This document shows positions 1 to 9,529 of a DNA stretch of 64,000 bases, piece after piece. Numbering within the stretch: the stretch's first letter is position 1; each line of letters begins with the position of its first letter. The translations under genes and the position numbers were made by a program. The notes beneath the pieces are model-generated. The model did no database searches and was not told where the DNA came from. It saw only the letters and a list, made by a program, of their open reading frames with translations. Location of the stretch: the NCBI GenBank assembly GCA_000092065.1, contig CP000587.1; one strand, given 5' to 3'. The stretch is from Ostreococcus lucimarinus. Its lineage: Eukaryota.

Positions 1-335
1 TGTCCCAGGCGCAAACCGCGGGTGAACGCCGGGACCGACCGATGCGTATGGATGGTGAACGCAGACCTCAGCGCAACCGTGATGCTGATAACCGACGAGT
101 GTACTTTGGTAACTTGTCCTGGGGTATGGATCATCTCGATTTGCAGGACCTTTGCGGCGAGTTTGGCTCCGTCGAGGACAGCCGGTTGATCACCGATCGC
201 GAGACTGGACGCTCGCGTGGGTTCGGTTTCGTCACCATGAGCAGCGAAGCCGAAGCCGATGAGGTTGTGGCGCAGCTCAACGGCCAAGATGTCGACGGGC
301 GCGTGCTCCGAGTTAACATCGCCAACTCTGACTAA
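1..335 (+). CDS. RRM-domain RNA-binding protein, 5'-partial (ORF is open to the window start)
   Basis: RNP-2 (VYFGNL) and RNP-1 (RGFGFVTM) motifs are present. There is no in-frame stop upstream of the first Met at 42, so the CDS continues beyond the window. Stop at 333-335. Confidence 0.75.
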   Translation, partial: SQAQTAGERRDRPMRMDGERRPQRNRDADNRRVYFGNLSWGMDHLDLQDLCGEFGSVEDSRLITDRETGRSRGFGFVTMSSEAEADEVVAQLNGQDVDGRVLRVNIANSD

Positions 336-511
336 TCAGTTTGGCGGCGAACTCGTGCGTCAATGTGGATTCTGCTATCTTTTTCTAATACGCGCGTCGA
401 ACGCGGGATGATAATTTAGACGTTACTAGTTAATTTTCAGTGACGACAATTGTTTTGTCTTGTAATTTTACAATCGGCTGCCCGAAATGTACTTTGAAGC
501 GCGCGCCTAAA

Positions 512-2290
512 TTACCCGTCGCCTGCGACGACGGCGTCGACAGCTTCGTTGAAAATCTCCACCATTTTGTCCAATACCTCGTACTGTGACTTTTGGATTC
601 GTTTTTTGTCTTGAAGTTTGAATTCTTGCTCGGCGTCCCAGGGTGGGAGCGGTTCGATTTTCTTCAGAGAGTCCCACGAGCCGAGGTATTCGCGCTTGTC
701 GAATCTCCAGACCTCGTGGTCCTCTTTGTTCGAAATGATGGCGCCCCATGTGTAGTGCATCACCGAACTCTGGCCAATCGCGATATCGGCAGGTGGTTGT
801 ATCATAAGTTTCTGGAACGGTACGGGTGGGAGCTCGAACTCAAGCTTCGGTCGTACTGCCGCCGCGGCGAAGGACCAAGCATACATGTCTCTTACCCATC
901 CAAACACTCTCTTAACGACCTCGTTCGACTCCCCGAACTCGACTTTATCCGCCCACACCGGCGCGACACGCTCTAAATCATCTCGATGTATACACTGAGG
1001 TGCATTCCCAGTTTGGTAAACGTCCTTCAACGGGCCATCCTTCGACACATCGTGCAACAACACCGACGCCTCCTTGGCGTCCGGGTACGAAGGTACAATA
1101 TACCCGAACAAAAATCCGTACGAAATACCCTTGGCGAGCAAGACGCTCGGTGGTGGGCTACGAATAAACAAATAATCGGTTTCCGCCATCAAGATGTGCG
1201 AACATCGCCTAGAATCGTCCGACTTCATCCATTCAGCGATGGCTCGCGCGCGATCCTTCACCGCGTAGTCGCAAGAATTATCGCATTCAACGTGCGTTGG
1301 ATCGGCGCGCCATGTCGGGACGAGATCCATCAAGCTATCATCTGTTGAACGATGCAAAATTCTAGTGAAATGTCGTAAAACGCTATCCTTTTCGCTCGCT
1401 GCTTTCTTCCAAGTCTGGTAGAACACACGCGTCTGCCAATTCATATACGGCGAGCCGTTACTCGTAATCATCGTATGCACGCATGTCTTCAATTCTGTGC
1501 TCTCTGCGTCATACCTTGACTTCTTCGGATATAATACTCCACTCGTTGTCTTTCTGTTGTGCTCTTCACCGTACATCGGAGGGAGATAATCATTTATCAG
1601 AGTCCCGGTGAAGCACTCGTTCGGCTTGGCGGGATCGTGCCTCCAAAACTGACATTTAGCCGTCTTCTTGCACAGCTCGCAGCAATCTCGCGCGACGGTG
1701 ATCGATACTCCCTCGACCGACTGAGTCAGAGGTTGTGGTCCCCAGTAATCGCTCTGAGGTAACTCGTGACACTCGTCTTCCGGCGTCTCGGCGTCGCGTA
1801 TCCTTCGCCACTCCTCTGCGTCGTACCCATCCCTACTCGAGATATCATCCATCACGCGCGCCGTTTGCGCGCCTTGTTCCCCTAGGCGTCCCCGCTCGTC
1901 GCGTTCGCCTTCCTCGATCACTTTCGCCGGCGCCCGATCGCTCTCGTCGTCGTCGTCGCGCGCTCGACGTTCCGTCCCGGCGACGCCGTCGCCCTTCTCG
2001 CCACGTCTCACCGCTTTCGTGCGTTCTGTCGCCGCCGCCCGCGCATCGTACGCGTCGATTCTACTCTGCACGCGCTCTCGAACGTACGCCTCGACCTCAC
2101 GCTCATCGCTGAAGCGTCCTAAAGTCGAAGCCGCGGTGGGATCTTCATCTTTTGGAAAGTGTGGCGTCACGCGGTCGACGATGAGCGCGTACACGCACGC
2201 GGCGATGAAGAGAGTCAGCGCGGAGGACGTTATTTTCGCCCCTCGCGACGCTCGCGGCGGGGAGGAGCCGGGGAAGGGTCGACGCTTCAT
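512..2290 (-). CDS. Type II membrane glycosyltransferase, hydroxyproline O-arabinosyltransferase / peptidyl-Ser galactosyltransferase-like (GT95/96-like)
   Basis: 592 aa with an N-terminal signal anchor (ALTLFIAACVYALIV). Motifs CVHTMITSNGSPYMNWQTRVFYQTW and GWVRDMYAWSFAAAAV resemble the HTxFS..YFDWQT and GWxSEMYGYSFGAA blocks of HPAT/SGT1 enzymes. A Cys-rich module lies upstream of the catalytic region. Confidence 0.55.
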   Translation of the reverse strand: MKRRPFPGSSPPRASRGAKITSSALTLFIAACVYALIVDRVTPHFPKDEDPTAASTLGRFSDEREVEAYVRERVQSRIDAYDARAAATERTKAVRRGEKGDGVAGTERRARDDDDESDRAPAKVIEEGERDERGRLGEQGAQTARVMDDISSRDGYDAEEWRRIRDAETPEDECHELPQSDYWGPQPLTQSVEGVSITVARDCCELCKKTAKCQFWRHDPAKPNECFTGTLINDYLPPMYGEEHNRKTTSGVLYPKKSRYDAESTELKTCVHTMITSNGSPYMNWQTRVFYQTWKKAASEKDSVLRHFTRILHRSTDDSLMDLVPTWRADPTHVECDNSCDYAVKDRARAIAEWMKSDDSRRCSHILMAETDYLFIRSPPPSVLLAKGISYGFLFGYIVPSYPDAKEASVLLHDVSKDGPLKDVYQTGNAPQCIHRDDLERVAPVWADKVEFGESNEVVKRVFGWVRDMYAWSFAAAAVRPKLEFELPPVPFQKLMIQPPADIAIGQSSVMHYTWGAIISNKEDHEVWRFDKREYLGSWDSLKKIEPLPPWDAEQEFKLQDKKRIQKSQYEVLDKMVEIFNEAVDAVVAGDG

Positions 2291-2407
2291 CTCGCGCGCC
2301 GCGGCGAAGAGTGCCGCGACTGACGCGACGTCGAGCGTTTAGAGGGAGCGACGCGCGGCGTGGAATGAACGGTCGATGATTGCAAGGGACTACAGCGCGT
2401 TACTCGT

Positions 2408-4267
2408 TTAATCGTACTTGGTGTAAGAATTCGATGGCATGAGGAAGCACTTGGCGAGCGACAACAATCCACCGAACTGTTGCGCGACGTTCAAGCCGAA
2501 GAACATGCGCGACAGCGCCTTGCAAAAGGCAAACGCGTTATCCGCCACGGGGTAGCACAACGGAGGAGGGATATTGGTCTTCATGAGCCATGGAAATCGA
2601 TCGACGACGACGGATTTCGGGACGCAGCAACCGCGGAGTCCTTCAATACCGGCGAAGCGGTCGAAGCCGGATTCCTTGACGCCGCCAAAGGGAAGGGACT
2701 GCGCCATGTACGTCGAGCAAAAGTCATTGATGGAAGTCATACCGGCCTCCAGCTGTGAGCCAAGCTTTTCTGCGCGTCTCGTTGAGCGCGTGAAAACATT
2801 TGATCCGAGACCAAAGTCGCAGTCGTTCGCGAGCGAGATGGATTCCTCGTCGCTCTTTGTCTTGACGATGGCGAGCACGGGACCAAAGACCTCTTCGCGA
2901 GCGATTCGCATATCGTGCGTGATGCCAGAGATCACTGTCGGAGGGTAGAACTGACCACCCTGGGCGCCCAGTTCGATCTTACCACCGACGTGGACGGTCG
3001 CACCACGTGCGACGGCGTCGTCGATGAGAGACTGCACGTACTGCGCTTGCTTTGGCATGCACATCGCCCCACAATCCACGGACGAGCTCAGCGCCCATCC
3101 TTGACGTAACTTCCTCGCCGACTCCAGTACTTTGGCTAAAAACTTGTCGTGAATCTTCTCATGCACGTAGAATCGTTCGGCTCCCGCGCAGTTTTGACCG
3201 CACGATTGAAACGCGCCGCGCAGCGCCATGGGAACGCACTGCTTGAGATCCGCGTCTGCGCAGACGATGAACGGATCTTTACCACCGAGTTCGAGGACGA
3301 CCGGAGTCAAAGTCTTCGCCGCTGCCTCCATAACCTTACGTCCGATGCCAGTGGATCCGACGAAGACTACCTTTTGCACACCGCCAGTGACCAACGCGCT
3401 GCCCGCTTCGCCGTAACCGGTGATGATTTGCACCAAGTCGCGCGGCGCTCCCACGGCATCAAGCGCGGCATCGATGACGCGACCGTAGTACTGCGAGCTC
3501 CAGCTCGCGTACTCACTCACCTTGACGACGAGCGCGTTCCCCGCGAACAAGTTCGCCACCAAAGGATTGAAAACGTTGTGAAACGGATAATTCCACGGCA
3601 CGATTGCGCCCATGACGCCCACCGGATGATACTCCACCCGCGCCTTCTTATAAAACATCATGGCCCCGGTCGATCGCTTCTCGGGTTTCAACCACCGCTC
3701 GCCCTCGTTGCACAGCCATCGAATCTTCTCCAGCGTCACCAGAACCTCCCCGAACGCCGCGTCCACCAACGGCTTACCGCTGTCTCGCGCGCTCACTCGA
3801 CAAATCGTATCCTGCTCTTCCAATATGAACCGCTGTATCACCCGCAGCAGCTTCCGACGCGTCGCGAACGAGCTTTTCGCCCACTCTCTCTGCGCCTTCG
3901 CCGCTTTGGCGATTCTCTCTCGCACTTCCTCCGCCCGCATCGCCGGCAGGTTCGGTCCGAGCGCGCGCATGTTCCCCGGATCGTAGCACGGCACGCTGTC
4001 CGTCGGCCACGCCGCGTTCGCGTCCCACCGCGCGCCCTCCACGCCGCGCGCCTCCTCGTCCGTCAGCGTCACGCGCAGTCTCGGCGCGCGCGTCGCGCGC
4101 AGCGCGCGCAGCACCACCGCCGCGACGAGCGCGACGATCCAAAACCGGCGCTCGTCGACGAGCGCGATCTCGAGCGCGAGCGCCGCCCGCGCGAGCTCGC
4201 GCGCGCGCGGCGGCATCGGGACCGCGTCGAGGACGCTCGCGAGCGCGCGCGTCGCGTCGCGGGACAT
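2408..4267 (-). CDS. Aldehyde dehydrogenase (ALDH22-like, membrane-anchored N-terminus)
   Basis: ALDH catalytic motifs are present: VLELGGKDP, CGQNCAGAERFYV and EEVFGPV. The start is assigned to the internal ATG at 4265-4267 (MSRDATR...) ahead of the hydrophobic segment FWIVALVAAVVL. The longer 977-aa ORF upstream is low-complexity GC artefact. Confidence 0.8.
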   Translation of the reverse strand: MSRDATRALASVLDAVPMPPRARELARAALALEIALVDERRFWIVALVAAVVLRALRATRAPRLRVTLTDEEARGVEGARWDANAAWPTDSVPCYDPGNMRALGPNLPAMRAEEVRERIAKAAKAQREWAKSSFATRRKLLRVIQRFILEEQDTICRVSARDSGKPLVDAAFGEVLVTLEKIRWLCNEGERWLKPEKRSTGAMMFYKKARVEYHPVGVMGAIVPWNYPFHNVFNPLVANLFAGNALVVKVSEYASWSSQYYGRVIDAALDAVGAPRDLVQIITGYGEAGSALVTGGVQKVVFVGSTGIGRKVMEAAAKTLTPVVLELGGKDPFIVCADADLKQCVPMALRGAFQSCGQNCAGAERFYVHEKIHDKFLAKVLESARKLRQGWALSSSVDCGAMCMPKQAQYVQSLIDDAVARGATVHVGGKIELGAQGGQFYPPTVISGITHDMRIAREEVFGPVLAIVKTKSDEESISLANDCDFGLGSNVFTRSTRRAEKLGSQLEAGMTSINDFCSTYMAQSLPFGGVKESGFDRFAGIEGLRGCCVPKSVVVDRFPWLMKTNIPPPLCYPVADNAFAFCKALSRMFFGLNVAQQFGGLLSLAKCFLMPSNSYTKYD

Positions 4268-4409
4268 GACGGACGACGGCGCGTCGCGATGTCGCGAGTC
4301 GCGTCGCATCGCGACGCTCGAGGCGCGGTCGTCGATGCCGAGCGACGACGACGCGACGACGGCGGACGCGCGCGAGGCGGAGACGGACGCGCTCGTCGCG
4401 CGCGTCGAC

Positions 4410-4501
4410 ATGGCGCGCGCGAGGGAACGACGCGAGGCGACGACGACGACGCGCGCGGCGACGGGCGCGGTCGTCGCGTGCGCGCTGCTGGCGCTCGCGC
4501 G

Positions 4502-4536
<35 letters not shown>

Positions 4537-5378
4537 CGGCGCTCGGCGCGCGGCGCGGCGCGAGAGACGACGGCGAACCGCGAGTGTTCTCGTACGACGT
4601 CGTCGAGGCGCACGCGCACGACGCGAACGCGTTCACGCAGGGATTGACGACGTGCGGAGACGGGATCATGTGCGAGAGCACGGGGGCGGTGGGCGGGACG
4701 CCGAGCGAGGTGCGGACGACGACGACGGCGACGGGGGCGAGACGCGCGGGCGCGGACGTGGGCGGCGCGTTCGCGGAGGGCCTGACGCGCGTGGGCGACG
4801 ACGTGCACGTGATTTCTTGGAAGTCTAATCGCGGGTTCACGTACGCGGTGACGGCGGAGGGTGAGGTGACGAAGAAGTGGACGTTTGAGACGCCGTTGTC
4901 GGACGGTTGGGGTTTGACGTCGCTCGACGGCGAGCTGTACGTCACGGACGCGAGCGACAAGTTGCACGTGCTCGACGTCCCCGGACGGGACGGGGCGAAG
5001 TTGAAGTTGAAACGATCGATGACCATCACGGATGACGGCAAAGCCATCAGATTCGCGAACGAATTGGAGACCATAGGAGGCGACGTGTACGCCAATATCC
5101 TCGAGCGGCCGTGCTTGGCGAGAATCGATCCCGCGAACGGCAAAGTGACCGCGTGGGTGAATTTAGATGGATTGAAGCAAGCGTCCCCGAACGATGGCCG
5201 CGGTGATGTGTTGAATGGGATCGCGTACGACGAAAAACTTGATGCCTTGTACGTTACGGGCAAGAATTGGCCGACGATGTTCCGGTTGAAGCTTCGCGAG
5301 GAGCAAGGCGCGAGCCTGGACGCGGTTCGCGCGACGTGCACGCCCCCTTCGAGTCTACCGGGATACGGATACTTGTAG
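4410..5378 (+). CDS. Glutaminyl-peptide cyclotransferase, plant/bacterial beta-propeller type
   Basis: YDVVEAHAHDANAFTQGL matches the plant QC signature (Y-x-V...H...AFTQGL). It is followed by the propeller repeats WKSNRGFTYAV and DGWGLTSLDGELYVTD. Start is taken at the ATG at 4410, before a hydrophobic signal-like segment AVVACALLALA and a 12-Thr linker. The gene is divergent from the ALDH gene. Confidence 0.7.
4501..4537. repeat. (ACG)12 trinucleotide microsatellite encoding poly-Thr inside the glutaminyl cyclase CDS
   Basis: acgacgacg... run seen directly in the sequence. It translates to TTTTTTTTTTTT. Confidence 0.9.
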
Positions 5379-5424
5379 CGCGATTACGAAGGATGTAGAT
5401 TATGACACTCTTATTATTGATAAT

Positions 5425-5448
5425 AACCTATGTGATATCACATAGGTT
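5425..5448. repeat. Perfect 24-bp palindrome aacctatgtgat|atcacataggtt in a convergent 3' intergenic spacer
   Basis: The sequence equals its own reverse complement. It lies in the AT-rich gap between two convergent gene ends. Confidence 0.8.
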
Positions 5449-5539
5449 AAATACACGCTAATTCTCGCGCCGGTTAGTGGGTTCAACTTATTTTACAGCT
5501 ATCTTTCGTGTGCGTCAGCCACATACATACACACATCGT

Positions 5540-6430
5540 TTAGCCGAGCATGTTCACAAGCAAAATCCACTTGTGCTTGATTGGATTGTCTTTTTCGTCC
5601 CTCTTCTTTGCTTCCAAGTATTGATGCGTCACGATCGACATCACGGCGTGAATACAATCAAATTCTTGCCTTTCGTCCAACATCGGCACGTCTATGACCA
5701 AGTTCAAATCGTCGCACACGTTGTTCAACCACTCCTCGAGGTCACCTCGCCGTTCGTGCTCCACGGCGTCGTTAAAAAAGTGACCCGCGCCAGTGCGGCG
5801 CAGCTCGCGCTCGATAGCGTCAGCGATGCAGTCGACCGCCTTGACGCAGATGATTTGTTCCGTCATCGGATTCATCATCGGCACGTGAATCAACCGGTTC
5901 AAAAACGTCGCGATGACCCATCGCGTCGTCTGGTCGATTTCATGCGGCTGCGCGTGGTGCACCAGCGTATCCGGTTTCGGCGCTTCGTTCGCGACGTGAT
6001 CTTTCACCATCTGGAGCGCCTTCGTCGACGCCGCGCCGCGCGTCTCTCGATCCGCCAATTCCAACGCCGCGCGTCCCTCTTGCGTCTTGTGCCACTTCTC
6101 CAAATCGCGCGCCGCGCGCGACTTGAACCACCCGTGTCCGTGGTCGTGGTGGTGATTATGATGATGGGTGTGTCCACCGCCGATCGCCATGGCGTCGACG
6201 CGGACGTTACCGCGCGCGGCGGCGAGAATCGTCACCGGAGGTGTTCGACGTTTGCGGTCGCCGCCGCGCCGCGCGCGCGATGGCGTCGGCGCGCGAGCGC
6301 GCGCGGCGTCGACGCTGGCGCGCATTGTTGGTGATTCGCGACGACGCGCGCGGTCGAGCGATGCGAGGCACCGTGTGGCGATCGAGCGAGAGGGCTCGAT
6401 CGTAACGTGCCGATCGGCGGTCGGTCGCAC
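5540..6430 (-). CDS. Hypothetical protein with a histidine cluster (HTHHHNHHHDHGH) and an Arg/Ala/Ser-rich transit-peptide-like N-terminus
   Basis: The 296-aa ORF has ordinary amino-acid composition in its C-terminal 200 aa, with several E/H/D-rich helices. I do not recognise the family. The start may instead be an internal Met. Confidence 0.45.
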   Translation of the reverse strand: MRPTADRHVTIEPSRSIATRCLASLDRARRRESPTMRASVDAARARAPTPSRARRGGDRKRRTPPVTILAAARGNVRVDAMAIGGGHTHHHNHHHDHGHGWFKSRAARDLEKWHKTQEGRAALELADRETRGAASTKALQMVKDHVANEAPKPDTLVHHAQPHEIDQTTRWVIATFLNRLIHVPMMNPMTEQIICVKAVDCIADAIERELRRTGAGHFFNDAVEHERRGDLEEWLNNVCDDLNLVIDVPMLDERQEFDCIHAVMSIVTHQYLEAKKRDEKDNPIKHKWILLVNMLG

Positions 6431-6683
6431 TTATTTTGACTGCGAAGGCGAGGATTCAGAGTTGGTTCAAACTGCTGATTGCAATAGTGATTATGTGCTA
6501 AGTGTCGCGCGACTGATTCGACAGACGCGTCGGGCGCGAGCGATGATCGAGGCGATGGACGCTCGCGCCGCGGCGGCGCGCGTGAGAAATCGGGCGCAGA
6601 CAGGCGCTTCTAGTGCGTTCGCGCGCGCGGAAACCGGCGAACGAAACAAACAATCCCTTCTAAGGAAATGAATGGTCGGTGGC

Positions 6684-7664
6684 TTACGCGGCGGAGGCAC
6701 CGGCGACGAGCTCGATAATTTCCGAGGTAATCTTCGCTTGGCGAGCGCGGTTGTAAACCAAAGACAAGGTCTTCTTGAGCTCCTTGGCGTTGTCCGAGGC
6801 GGTGGACATCGCGTTCATGCGCGCCGCGAGCTCAGAGGCGAGAGACTCTTGGAGCGCACGGAGGATTTGGGAGTTCATGTACAGCGGCATGAGGGCATCA
6901 AGAATTTGGTTCGGGTCTTGCTCGAACTGCATGACACCCTCAAACTCAGAAACCTCCGTGTCAGACGCTTCGCGCTTGACGGCGAACTTGCCATCTTCAG
7001 TCGTGAGCTTGAAGATTTCATCGTTCGCCGCGTCAATGCAAACACCGTCAACGTTGCACACCTCACCTTCCTTGGAGAGCGGCAAAATGGTTTGCACGGT
7101 CGGCTCCGCAGCGATGAGGGAAACGAATCGGGAGTAAATCATCTCGACCTTGTCGACTTCCTCCGAGGTGAACTCGGCGAAGATTTCGTCGGCGATGGTT
7201 TGCGCGTCTTGCGTGGACGGCGCTTGACCCATGTCGAAGCGCTTGACCAAGTTGTATTGCTCCTTGCGACGGTTGAAGTACACACCACCCTTCTTACCGA
7301 CGGTGATGAGCTTGCATTCAACGCCTTGCGCCTTGAGCTCCGCCACGCGCTGCTCCGTCTTGCGAATAATGAAGTTGTTGAACCCCCCGCACAAACCACG
7401 ATCACCCGTGCAGACGACGAGCATCGCCGTCTTCACCGGGCGCATCTTCGTCAACGGCACGTCCACATCCTCACCAGCCAATCGGCTGTTGATGGCGAAC
7501 AAAACCTTGACCAAAGACTCAGAGAACGGGCGCGCGCCAATGACGGCGTCTTGCGCCTTGCGCACCTTCGCCGCCGCGACGAGCTTCATCGCATCGGTGA
7601 TCTTCTTCGTGTTACCGACCGACGCGATGCGGTCGCGCATTTCCTTCGGGCTCGCGTTGCGAAT
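6684..7664 (-). CDS. ATPC: ATP synthase gamma chain, chloroplastic, exon 2 (mature protein)
   Basis: RDRIASVGNTKKITDAMKLVAAAKVRKAQDAV and the rest align with chloroplast gamma subunits. The redox-regulatory Cys pair is present in EVCNVDGVCIDAANDE. A TAG stop lies immediately upstream in frame, so a 5' exon is required. Confidence 0.85.
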   Translation of the reverse strand: MRNASPKEMRDRIASVGNTKKITDAMKLVAAAKVRKAQDAVIGARPFSESLVKVLFAINSRLAGEDVDVPLTKMRPVKTAMLVVCTGDRGLCGGFNNFIIRKTEQRVAELKAQGVECKLITVGKKGGVYFNRRKEQYNLVKRFDMGQAPSTQDAQTIADEIFAEFTSEEVDKVEMIYSRFVSLIAAEPTVQTILPLSKEGEVCNVDGVCIDAANDEIFKLTTEDGKFAVKREASDTEVSEFEGVMQFEQDPNQILDALMPLYMNSQILRALQESLASELAARMNAMSTASDNAKELKKTLSLVYNRARQAKITSEIIELVAGASAA

Positions 7665-8153
7665 CTACGAATCGTCATAAAGCGTACGAATCACCGTCAG
7701 TCTCTCGCGTCTCGCGTCGGTCTCGCGCGCGCGCAAAACCCTCTTTGGATACGATCGTCCCGCCCCCGCCCGCGCCCACGCGCGCGCGCACGCCGCGCGC
7801 CGCGCCCCCCGATCGCGCGCGCGATCACCACACAACCCCCGCGCGCCCCCGCGCGCACGCGCGCCCCCCGACGCGCGTCGCCATCGCCCGCGCCCTCCCG
7901 ATGACGCCGCGATCCGATCCGCGTTATCCTCACCAGACCCTACGTCCACGACCGGGCCCGGCCGCGCGTCCCTCGCGCGCGCGCGCGTCGCCCCGCGACG
8001 CCATCTCTCGCGCACTATTTTCCTCCACCGAATCCCGCGCGCGATCATCCTCGCCCGCGCGCGCGTCCTCGCGCGCGGCGCGATAATCCCGATGCCCGTC
8101 CCATCGCGCGCCATCGCGTCGTTCGCGCGTCGCGTCGTTCGTCGTTCACGCAC
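7665..8153 (-). other. ATPC: Intron (489 nt) of ATPC, with donor G|GTGCGT, branch CTGACGG 28 nt upstream of the TAG acceptor
   Basis: Inferred from the frame and from comparing the exon junction (transit peptide MSAVAHTSLAMSKATAVRGASVKRSTAAQRATAPQRSLV | IRNASPKEMRDRIASV) with algal ATPC precursors. Confidence 0.5.
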
Positions 8154-8270
8154 CACGAGGGATCGCTGCGGCGCCGTCGCGCGCTGCGCGGCGGTGGACC
8201 GTTTCACGGACGCACCGCGCACGGCGGTGGCCTTGCTCATGGCGAGCGACGTGTGGGCGACGGCGGACAT
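8154..8270 (-). CDS. ATPC: ATP synthase gamma chain, exon 1 (chloroplast transit peptide, 39 codons)
   Basis: ATG at 8268-8270. The peptide is Ser/Ala/Arg-rich and has no acidic residues. It ends at a GTGCGT donor in phase 0. Confidence 0.55.
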
Positions 8271-8479
8271 CGAGTCGATCGTTCGGCGCGCGCGTGTATG
8301 CGGCCGAGGCGCGCAGATTCGCCCGCCGGATCGCGCGGCTTCGAGGGGTCGCGTGTTCGTGATGGGGATCTCGTGGGATTGTATACGAGGTTTGGTGCGT
8401 GTTTAAATATGGGGAAATGAGGGCGAGTGCGCATTGAAATATGGGGTCGAGGACGACGCGCGCGCGGCGGCGGCTCGGA

Positions 8480-9400
8480 TCACGGCGCGATCGTCAAGGC
8501 GTGGGTGACGATGTCCACCGGACCGCCCGCGGCGAGGAGTACGCTCGCAGCTTGGTCGGCGTCGGGAAATTGCGTCGGATCGCACGGGGCGCCGCGCGCG
8601 TGCAGGGCGTCCCAGGTTTCCTCGCGGCGCTGCGTCTCGCGAACGACGACGACGGCGCCGGTGCGATCGACCTCGGTGAAATCGCAAAAGAATCGAGTCT
8701 CGAACAGGCGAATGAGAACGCCGTCGACGCGGAGCCAAAATCTGAGCAAGACGAACCAACACTTGGGCATGACGCGCACCTTGAGCCCGAGGTGGGCGAC
8801 GCCGTTGTCGTCGAGCTCGGACTCGTACAGCGTCAGCTCGTCGTACATCAGTATCGGATCTCTCTCGGTGAGCATCGCGCGATCAATGCGTCTGTCGGTG
8901 AGCTCCCACGTCGGTGGCTGGCGATTCGAATCGCTCGTCGTCGTCACCGTGCCGCCGTACGGCGTCGTAAACGTCCAGTCGTACTCGGCGCTTCGCTCCG
9001 TCGTATTCCACGACGTCATCGACGGTCCGGGCGGTAACGCGGCGCCGTCCGCGCCGTCCGCACTCGTGCCGACACCTTCCCCGCCTCGCGCGTCCCTCGT
9101 CGCGGCGATCGACGCATCGCCGAACCGCTCGACGTGCGACCGTCGCCACGTCTTCGCCGCCGCGACCTCGATCGCGGGCAACCCGAGCTTCACCCACTCC
9201 CTGAGCGCGTCTTCCGCCTCGAACCTCAGCGCGACGCCGCTCTCGTGTCGCAGTTCGAGCGCGCTGTCGAACAGCATCTCCGGCGTCGTCGGCGCGTCGA
9301 CGTTCGTCTCGACTTGCTCTATTCGCGCTCTTTTCGCGATCGGCGTCGACGCGCTCTCGACGTCCCATCCACCGCGCGCGACGCGCGCGACCGTCGTCAT
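8480..9400 (-). CDS. TIPRL: TIP41-like protein (TOR pathway / PP2A regulator)
   Basis: Contains YDWTFTTPYGG, DPILMYDELTLYESELDDNG and KVRVMPKCWFVLLRFWLRVDGVLIRL, which are characteristic TIP41-family blocks. Confidence 0.75.
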   Translation of the reverse strand: MTTVARVARGGWDVESASTPIAKRARIEQVETNVDAPTTPEMLFDSALELRHESGVALRFEAEDALREWVKLGLPAIEVAAAKTWRRSHVERFGDASIAATRDARGGEGVGTSADGADGAALPPGPSMTSWNTTERSAEYDWTFTTPYGGTVTTTSDSNRQPPTWELTDRRIDRAMLTERDPILMYDELTLYESELDDNGVAHLGLKVRVMPKCWFVLLRFWLRVDGVLIRLFETRFFCDFTEVDRTGAVVVVRETQRREETWDALHARGAPCDPTQFPDADQAASVLLAAGGPVDIVTHALTIAP

Positions 9401-9529
9401 CGCGCGCGCGCGTCGCGGTCGCGCGTCGCCGACGCCCCGCGACGCCTCGCGCGCGCGCGCCGCGCGTCGCGTTCTCGCGTCGTCAGCCAGCGCGAACCGT
9501 CACTCGCGCGCGCGCGACGCGACGACGCG

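Noticed and set aside
3149-4967. Long ORFs (559 aa on + at 3149-4828, 397 aa on - at 3774-4967) full of Arg/Ala/Asp/Gly runs
   Set aside because: They lie antisense or out of frame to the ALDH and glutaminyl-cyclase coding regions. Their composition is the typical artefact of about 65% GC DNA, where stop codons are rare. They carry no conserved motifs.
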